Source of the DNA: an uncultured Latescibacterota bacterium
GTDB taxonomy: Bacteria; Latescibacterota; UBA2968
Length of the DNA: 64,000 nt
Reading direction: 5' to 3'
Assembly (NCBI GenBank): GCA_951812545.1
Contig: OX638317.1
Location: 2,297,848 to 2,361,847, forward strand
A program made the translations under genes and the position numbers. This document shows, in pieces, positions 55,563 to 64,000 of this stretch. Every line of letters begins with the position of its first letter. Within the stretch, counting starts at the first letter, position 1. The notes beneath the pieces were generated by a model. The model had not been told where the DNA came from, ran no database searches, and saw only the letters and a program-made list of their open reading frames with translations.

Positions 55563-57287
55563 TTAGAGAATATTGTGAACAGGAGTGAAGTGAATCGATT
55601 TTAGACTGGCTTTGCCCAAATCGCCTTCGAGACAGGAAACGTTGATTTTGTAAGTACCCGGCCCGGAAAAGTTAATCCAGCCGATGGGAAAACGCTGGTA
55701 GTTATGCGACGAATTTTGCTGATTTTGAATGTGTTCACCATTTTCAATAGTAATCCCCCAGACGAGACGCCCTTCACCTGAATAGGAGAGATCTACGATA
55801 TAGTCTCCAGGTGCAAAAACATTGACCGTCCAGGTCGCTTTGCCTTCAGGCGTCCATTTGTGAACACGGCTGACGTGTTTCCATTCTCCAAATTTTTCCA
55901 TCCAGCGTTGATTTTCCAATGTGGCATTTTCAACAACCGCAAATTCTGAAAAAATTTCGGTCTCTATTTCGGGATCAATTGCCCAGGTCGAATCGGCTTT
56001 TGGCGTGCCTTTGAGTTTGACTTCAAGAACTGAAACCAGATTATCGGGTGCCTGTGGCGATAGCTCGAAGCAGGTCCAACCGTGTTTTTTCTCAAAAGGT
56101 GTAGATTGATCGCCATTCAGGAGAGACGCAGATTCGATTTCTGTTTTGAGGCCTGGCAGATAAAGTGTGCCAGAGGCAGGCCAGTTGAAAATGCTGAGAA
56201 AGAGCGTGTTGTCTTTTACCGTCACATCTCCCCAGGGCAGGGCATGTTGCCAGGGCGATGCATCGGTACCATAGACGACCTGGGGATAGCGCCTGACCCA
56301 TTTGCCAGCAGCACGTAAAGTTCGGGCAGCTCTTTCGGGTATTGAACCGTCACCACAAGGACCTATGTTGAGCATGTAAGTGCCACCTCTGGCAACACAG
56401 GAGATCAGGCGGCGAAGAATTTCTCCGGGTGTTTTCCAGTATTCATCGTACCAGGCAAAAGCCCAGGAGTCGTTGGTGGTATCGACGCTTTCCCACATAC
56501 CTTCAACATTGGTGGATGGCACATCCATATCACCCAGCGTCTTGTAGTCGCCCAGCCCGTGCCCGGCGCGGCCTGAAACGAGGGCATTGGGTTGATTTTT
56601 CCGCACGACTTCGATGAGTTGCTCAATGTACTTTTTGGGCATTTGTCCGGGTGTGTCAAACCAGATGAGTTCGATGGGACCGTACTGGCTGGTGATTTCT
56701 TCGACCTGTGGCAGGCATTTTTTGACAAAATAATCGTCGAAGGTGGCCGGGTTGCCATCGGCATCTGTGCCTGGGCCGTTTGCCCCACCAGGAAAAGTCC
56801 AGTCCTGATTGTGAGAGTAGTAGAATCCAAATCCGAGACCGAGTTTTTTGCAGGCCCCGGCGAGTTCTTTCATGGGGTCGCGATTAAATTGGGTGACTGC
56901 ACCAATATTAAAGTCGTTGCAGGCTGAGCGATACATGGCAAAACCATCGTGGTGCTTGCTGGTGATAATGATGTATTTCATGCCCGCGTCTTTGGCCAGT
57001 TGTGCTATTTCTGTTGCATCAAAATTGACGGGGTTAAAGGTTTTCGCCATTTCCATATATTCCTCGACCGGAATATTGGCCATGCGCGGGTTCATGATCC
57101 ATTCGCCAATACCGTAGTACGTTTTGCCATCGACTTTGTTGGCAAGTTGAGCATATGGACCCCAGTGGATAAACATGGCGTAATTGCCATCATCAAAGAG
57201 TTGGCCCCGTTCTGCATTTTCAGCGCGCAGTGCAATGACATCATCGCCCCAAAGCGTGTCCATTTCTTGATTGTTGTCTTTCTGCAT
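55563..57287 (-). CDS. GH29 alpha-L-fucosidase
   Basis: I chose the start at MQKDNNQ (ATG 57287). It has YAMFIHWGPY, ITSKHHDGF and YYSHNQDW, followed by a C-terminal beta-sandwich. Confidence 0.85.
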   Translation of the reverse strand: MQKDNNQEMDTLWGDDVIALRAENAERGQLFDDGNYAMFIHWGPYAQLANKVDGKTYYGIGEWIMNPRMANIPVEEYMEMAKTFNPVNFDATEIAQLAKDAGMKYIIITSKHHDGFAMYRSACNDFNIGAVTQFNRDPMKELAGACKKLGLGFGFYYSHNQDWTFPGGANGPGTDADGNPATFDDYFVKKCLPQVEEITSQYGPIELIWFDTPGQMPKKYIEQLIEVVRKNQPNALVSGRAGHGLGDYKTLGDMDVPSTNVEGMWESVDTTNDSWAFAWYDEYWKTPGEILRRLISCVARGGTYMLNIGPCGDGSIPERAARTLRAAGKWVRRYPQVVYGTDASPWQHALPWGDVTVKDNTLFLSIFNWPASGTLYLPGLKTEIESASLLNGDQSTPFEKKHGWTCFELSPQAPDNLVSVLEVKLKGTPKADSTWAIDPEIETEIFSEFAVVENATLENQRWMEKFGEWKHVSRVHKWTPEGKATWTVNVFAPGDYIVDLSYSGEGRLVWGITIENGEHIQNQQNSSHNYQRFPIGWINFSGPGTYKINVSCLEGDLGKASLKSIHFTPVHNIL

Positions 57288-57511
57288 GTTTGTTTCCCTT
57301 TCCTGTTTTCTAAAGGTTGTCTCATAAAATGGGACGACCAAACTTTTCAAGGTAATCTTCGTGTACCATCTGCTCGTAATTCGTCATACCCTTAAGAGGC
57401 AACTTAACAGGAGCCATGTTTGGCGAGTTCGCGCATTGTCGGCAGGTGCCACTTTTGCGACGCCCTTCCGCATCCGAAAATGGCGACTTTAGCTTTCATA
57501 TCGCTAATCCC

Positions 57512-58345
57512 TTACTGGTATGCTGCAGCGTGACGCCGAAGCATCGCAACACTTTCATCCACCTGATCTTCGGAAAGGCCATGCAGAATGACCGGTACGT
57601 CGAAGGAGAGCTTACAGAGCAACGACACATAATGGGCATAGTCGAGCTTGCCGGTACCAGCAGCGAGATGGCCGGCATCGCCACCGCGATCCAGATCCTT
57701 GCCATGGGCAATGGCAATGTGGTCGCCCAAAAGCTCAAAAGCCTCGTCTAATACCTCTCTCATGCGAGACAGGTCATCTTCGCCAAAAATGTTGGCGGCA
57801 TCCATCACGACTTTCAGGTTTCGTGAACCCATTTCATCAATCAGTTGCCGACTCTTATGCACTGTGCTGGCAACGTTATTTATCTCTGGTTCAAACGCAA
57901 GGGTCACACCAGCCGCTTCGGCAACCGGCAGTACCTGCTCCAGGGTATTGTGTAGCACCTGCCAGGCTTCTTCTGTATCGTTATCCGGATGCCAGTGCCA
58001 CATGCTCTCCGAATCGCGCGATCCGGTACAGGTGGCAATCACCGAGGTACCCATTGGGGCACACGCCGGGATAAGCAATTTGAGATGCTCGATAGCTTCC
58101 TGGCGTTTTTCTTCATCGGGATGAACCATATTGACCGTGCCAGCCAGGGCAGCGATGACCATGCCGCGCTTTTCGATCTCTGCCCGAATCACAGGTGCCT
58201 TTGCGAGTTTATCAGATAGCGAACCCTCCATATTCAGGGATCCCAAATTGAATTGAAGATGCCTGATGTCGTGCCCGAGTATGGCGTCGAGCGATTCCTC
58301 CAGGGTCGGCCGAGCGATGTGACCTGACATAATTCCTACTTGCAT
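57512..58345 (-). CDS. Sugar phosphate isomerase/epimerase (xylose-isomerase-like TIM barrel)
   Basis: This is a 277-aa ORF. The segments LAFEPE, VVMDAANI and IAHGKD are typical of the family. Confidence 0.75.
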   Translation of the reverse strand: MQVGIMSGHIARPTLEESLDAILGHDIRHLQFNLGSLNMEGSLSDKLAKAPVIRAEIEKRGMVIAALAGTVNMVHPDEEKRQEAIEHLKLLIPACAPMGTSVIATCTGSRDSESMWHWHPDNDTEEAWQVLHNTLEQVLPVAEAAGVTLAFEPEINNVASTVHKSRQLIDEMGSRNLKVVMDAANIFGEDDLSRMREVLDEAFELLGDHIAIAHGKDLDRGGDAGHLAAGTGKLDYAHYVSLLCKLSFDVPVILHGLSEDQVDESVAMLRRHAAAYQ

Positions 58346-58480
58346 AATGTGTCCTCAGGTTATGAGCCAGCGGTTGCTGGCTGATTGGTCAAAAGATCCG
58401 TTATTTCCCGTTGTTCACTCATCGCGTCAATTCCTCATAAGGAGTCTCCGGTGAACATAGATGATATCCGCAAGACATAA

Positions 58481-58511
58481 GGGGAGGACACCTGCATTCA
58501 GTGTCCTCCCC
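58481..58511. terminator. Hairpin downstream of katG
   Basis: The hairpin is GGGGAGGACAC-ctgcattca-GTGTCCTCCCC, an 11-bp GC-rich stem. It lies about 30 nt after the katG stop and is followed on the minus strand by TTATGTCTT. Confidence 0.5.
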
Positions 58512-58541
58512 TGCACGAACTTGCGGTCCCAGCCTTTGAGA

Positions 58542-60848
<2,307 letters not shown>

Positions 60849-60889
60849 TCATTTTTTTATACATACTAAAGTTTGGAGATCAATCTCTG

Positions 60890-62860
60890 ATGTCTATAAT
60901 ACACCGCTTCCCCTCCCTGATGCGATTCATTGCGACAGCCGCTCTTCTCTTATCCACCACCCTCGCGGGTGCCCAGGAACCCGGCGTCATGACCGAATGG
61001 CCGTACGTCGGTGCCGAGCAGACACACACCAAGTACTCGGCAACTGGGGACATTACAGTCGCCAACGTGGGCGAATTGGAGATCGTCTGGCAATGGGAGC
61101 CGAACGAGATGCCCCTTGAGGAATACGGCACCCGGCCAGGCCCATTCCAGGCAACGCCCATCATGGTCGATAACGTCCTGTACCTCTCGACCATGTATAT
61201 GCGTGTGGCGGCTCTTGACGCGGAGACGGGCGCCGAGCTGTGGACCTTCGATCCCAGGGCTTATGAGGGTGGGCCCAGGGGAGTGGGGCCGAGGGGCTTC
61301 AAGCACCGGGGTATCGCCTACTGGCGCAACGGTGACGACAACCGCATTTTCCTCAACAGCCGCGACCGGCTGTACGCAATTGATGCCTCGACCGGTGCGC
61401 TGGACACCGGCTTCGGCGAAAGCGGAAGCGTTCTGCTGACCGAAGGACATGGCCGCCCGGTGACCCGCTATGAGTTCGACCAGACCTCGCCGCCAGTGGT
61501 GTTCGAGGACCTGGTGATCGTAGGGAGCCGCATACCCGACGCGGTGCAGCGGAAGTTCGACCCGCCCGGAACCGTGCAGGCGTTCGACGTACGCACGGGT
61601 GAGCGCCGCTGGGTGTTCTTCACCATCCCGCAATCGAGCGACGACTTTGGCGCGGACACCTGGGAGGACGAGTCGTGGCGCTACACTGGCCACGCCAACG
61701 TGTGGGGGCTGATGTCGCTCGACGCAGAGCGCGGACTGCTGTACGTGCCGACGAGCACACCGAGCAGCGACTACTGGGGTGGCCGTCGCGTGGGGGCGAA
61801 CCTCTTCGCCGAGTCGCTGGTGTGCCTCAACGCCCGCACAGGCGAGCGGCAGTGGCACTTCCAGACGGTGCACCACGGCGTGTGGGACTACGATCTGGCC
61901 GCAGCGCCGAACCTTGTGACAATAACGGTAGATGGACGCGAGATCGACGCGGTGGCGCAGGTTTCCAAAAACGGTTTCACGTACGTGTTCGACCGGGTGA
62001 CGGGCGAGCCGGTGTGGCCGATTGAGGAGCGTGCGGTAGATACGACGTCAGACGTGCCGGGCGAGGTACTGTATCCAACGCAGCCGTTCCCGACCAGGCC
62101 GCCACCTTTCAGCAGGCAGGGGGTGTCGCTGGAGGACGCGAACGACCTGACGCCCGAGATCCACGCGCTCGCAGTGGAAGAGATGCAGCAGTTCCGGCTG
62201 GGTCCGCTGTTCACGCCGCCAAGCCTTCAGGGAACGCTCCAGAGCCCGGGTGCCAGCGGCGGCGCAAGCTGGGGCGGGGCGGCATTCGACCCCGAGACCG
62301 GGCTGCTGTACGTTCGGACATCGGAAGACGCGGACACGAACCAGTTGTGCAAAAATAAAGGTGATGATCCGCAGGTCGATGTCGAGTACAGCAACAACTG
62401 TGCATATGGCGCAACGCTCATCATGTTTGAGGCAGATGCCGCGCAAACCCCGGAGAGCAAGCTCGGACCGATTCCGCTCATCAAGCCGCCGTACGCGCAC
62501 CTGGTGGCGATTGATCTCAATGCGGGCGAGATCGCGTGGAAGGTGCCGTTCGGCGAGGGTAGCCCCAGCCTGCGTGAGCATCCGCTGCTGCGCGGCGTCG
62601 AGTTGCCGGAGCGGCTGGGTACGCGCGGCAACTCCGGCCCGATGGTAACCAGTGGGGGCATCGTGTTCCTCGGCGGCGGCGCTCCGTACCTGTATGCGTT
62701 CGACAAGGCGACGGGCAACGAGGTCTGGCGTGGCGTGACGCCATTTCCAACGAACGCGAACCCGATGACCTACCGCGCGCGCTCAGGGCGCCAGTTCGTC
62801 GTCATCGCGACGGGCACCGGGCAGGACGCCGCGCTCGTCGCCTTCGCACAACCGAAGTAG
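60890..62860 (+). CDS. Secreted PQQ-dependent dehydrogenase (eight-bladed propeller, quinoprotein family)
   Basis: It has a signal peptide (MSIIH...LAGAQE). Repeated W-motif blades are present: TGAELWTFD, GERRWVF, TGERQWHFQTVHHGVWDYD, TGEPVWP, AGEIAWKVP, TGNEVWR. Confidence 0.8.
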   Translation: MSIIHRFPSLMRFIATAALLLSTTLAGAQEPGVMTEWPYVGAEQTHTKYSATGDITVANVGELEIVWQWEPNEMPLEEYGTRPGPFQATPIMVDNVLYLSTMYMRVAALDAETGAELWTFDPRAYEGGPRGVGPRGFKHRGIAYWRNGDDNRIFLNSRDRLYAIDASTGALDTGFGESGSVLLTEGHGRPVTRYEFDQTSPPVVFEDLVIVGSRIPDAVQRKFDPPGTVQAFDVRTGERRWVFFTIPQSSDDFGADTWEDESWRYTGHANVWGLMSLDAERGLLYVPTSTPSSDYWGGRRVGANLFAESLVCLNARTGERQWHFQTVHHGVWDYDLAAAPNLVTITVDGREIDAVAQVSKNGFTYVFDRVTGEPVWPIEERAVDTTSDVPGEVLYPTQPFPTRPPPFSRQGVSLEDANDLTPEIHALAVEEMQQFRLGPLFTPPSLQGTLQSPGASGGASWGGAAFDPETGLLYVRTSEDADTNQLCKNKGDDPQVDVEYSNNCAYGATLIMFEADAAQTPESKLGPIPLIKPPYAHLVAIDLNAGEIAWKVPFGEGSPSLREHPLLRGVELPERLGTRGNSGPMVTSGGIVFLGGGAPYLYAFDKATGNEVWRGVTPFPTNANPMTYRARSGRQFVVIATGTGQDAALVAFAQPK

Positions 62861-62918
62861 CCAATATGGCGTTCTGAGGGACATAAGCCATCCAGCCCCT
62901 AACACGGAGGAACAGCCG

Positions 62919-64000
62919 ATGAAAACAAAATTCATCTTTGTATTTTGCCTTTGCAGTTTTATAGGATTGGCTTTGGCGCAACAGAGAACATCAGAGACGG
63001 ATCCGCGTTTCAAAAGATTTCTGGAGCAGTATCCGAAGGCGGATAAGAATAAGGACGGAATCCTTACAGCAGCGGAATGGCGCGCATATCAGGCCGAAAC
63101 AATTGGGCCAAACAGCACGCAACCCAACCGGACTGGCGCGCGGATACAAAAGACCCTGATTCACAAACCGGACAAAGCCGAGTTCGCCAAATTTATAGAA
63201 ATGGGGAAGAACTCGGCGCAGCGAGGTCCCCTATCCTTTGAGAAAGGAAATGGACTCCGAATCGTAATGACAGGACATAGCTGGGTCGCACCGGGCCGAA
63301 ACAAGCTCCCTGAAATTGCCGGGGCGGCGGGATACACGGGCCATCGCCAGCGCATCCACGGAGGGGGCGGATCGACAGGAGCCGCCAATGCAATATGGCT
63401 CAAGGAATTCGGCAAATGGAACGAGGACACACCCCCTGCACCCATTTTGCTGCCCGCGATTGCAACTGGCGAATGGGACGTCATGACCTGGGGCTGCTAT
63501 TACGATGACCTGCCCGAGTATTACACACAGTGGATCGACTTCTGCCTTGAGAACAATCCCGAAATGAGATTCTATATCCAGGATGGATGGCCCCGACATC
63601 TTCCCTCTTACAAGGAAAAGCAACCCGATGAGGTGATGGCCAGCCTGGAGGCCGATCACAGAAACCTGCAAAAAACCATCGGCAAACTGCTATACACCAG
63701 TTTGGAAGAGAATTATCCTGGAAAAGTTCACATGATCCCAGCGGGAGAAGCCGTCATGAAAATGATCCGATTGTACCATGAAGGGAAGCTGCCAGAATTT
63801 GACTGCATTGATGAAGATCGAGGCCGAGCCGGCAAACGCGGGATCTATCGAGACGGCGGTCACCTATCCAGAACAAGTGGTATTGAACAACTGGCGGGAT
63901 ATATGTATTTTGGAATGCTTTACCGGAGAAGTCCGGAAACCATCGCCGATTACGTGCCGGAAGGGATCCCCGAACGAGTTGATAGGATTATGCGTCGGGT
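62919..64000 (+). CDS. Secreted hypothetical protein with an N-terminal EF-hand loop (partial, runs off the window)
   Basis: This ORF is not in the supplied track because it is open-ended. GGAGG at 62906-62910 precedes the ATG at 62919. It has a signal peptide (MKTKFIFVFCLCSFIGLALA) and a canonical EF-hand loop (DKNKDGILTAAE, 63042-63077). The frame stays open to 64000. Confidence 0.6.
   Translation, partial: MKTKFIFVFCLCSFIGLALAQQRTSETDPRFKRFLEQYPKADKNKDGILTAAEWRAYQAETIGPNSTQPNRTGARIQKTLIHKPDKAEFAKFIEMGKNSAQRGPLSFEKGNGLRIVMTGHSWVAPGRNKLPEIAGAAGYTGHRQRIHGGGGSTGAANAIWLKEFGKWNEDTPPAPILLPAIATGEWDVMTWGCYYDDLPEYYTQWIDFCLENNPEMRFYIQDGWPRHLPSYKEKQPDEVMASLEADHRNLQKTIGKLLYTSLEENYPGKVHMIPAGEAVMKMIRLYHEGKLPEFDCIDEDRGRAGKRGIYRDGGHLSRTSGIEQLAGYMYFGMLYRRSPETIADYVPEGIPERVDRIMRR

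Noticed and set aside
60950-61876. A 308-aa minus-strand ORF lies antisense to the PQQ dehydrogenase gene.
   Set aside because: The plus-strand frame has a signal peptide and repeated propeller W-motifs. The antisense frame is Arg/Gly/His-rich with no motifs.

Overview
This is a bacterial chromosomal segment, about 90% coding. I found no rRNA, tRNA, CRISPR array, integrase or transposase. Most of the window is glycan and sulfated-glycan catabolism plus housekeeping. That includes a TolC-like/MFP/RND efflux operon (2.1-7.8 kb), two formylglycine-type sulfatases, two GH5-like hydrolases and a GH29 fucosidase. It also includes two five-bladed beta-propeller hydrolase-like genes and an unusually large set of Fe(II)/2OG dioxygenases (six PhyH-like genes, one PhyH stub and one TauD-like gene). 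Further genes are two enolase-superfamily enzymes, three xylose-isomerase-like TIM barrels, Gfo/Idh/MocA, SDR and MDR oxidoreductases, an Eis-like GNAT, katG and a PQQ dehydrogenase. The gene content resembles marine glycan-degrading lineages, but taxonomy cannot be fixed from the sequence alone. The outstanding feature is a defense-type island of about 13 kb (37.25-50.3 kb) with every gene on the minus strand. It holds a Zn-ribbon protein with an RNxxxH (HEPN-like) motif and a Schlafen/AlbA_2 protein. It also holds a PD-(D/E)xK nuclease paired with a circularly permuted C5 DNA methyltransferase, and a small GC-rich ORF. The last two genes are a DUF262-DUF1524 (GmrSD-like) nuclease and a 1262-aa orphan protein with no NTPase motif. 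The island is bracketed by a 36-bp near-perfect direct repeat, and its left edge is a debris field (toxin-antitoxin stubs, a DUF1016-like stub, palindromes). Elsewhere the window carries decay and rearrangement scars. The clearest is an internally deleted ghost copy (624-816) of the 8.0-11.2 kb cassette, with an 8-bp microhomology at one deletion junction. All functional calls come from motif reading by eye, and no database search was run.
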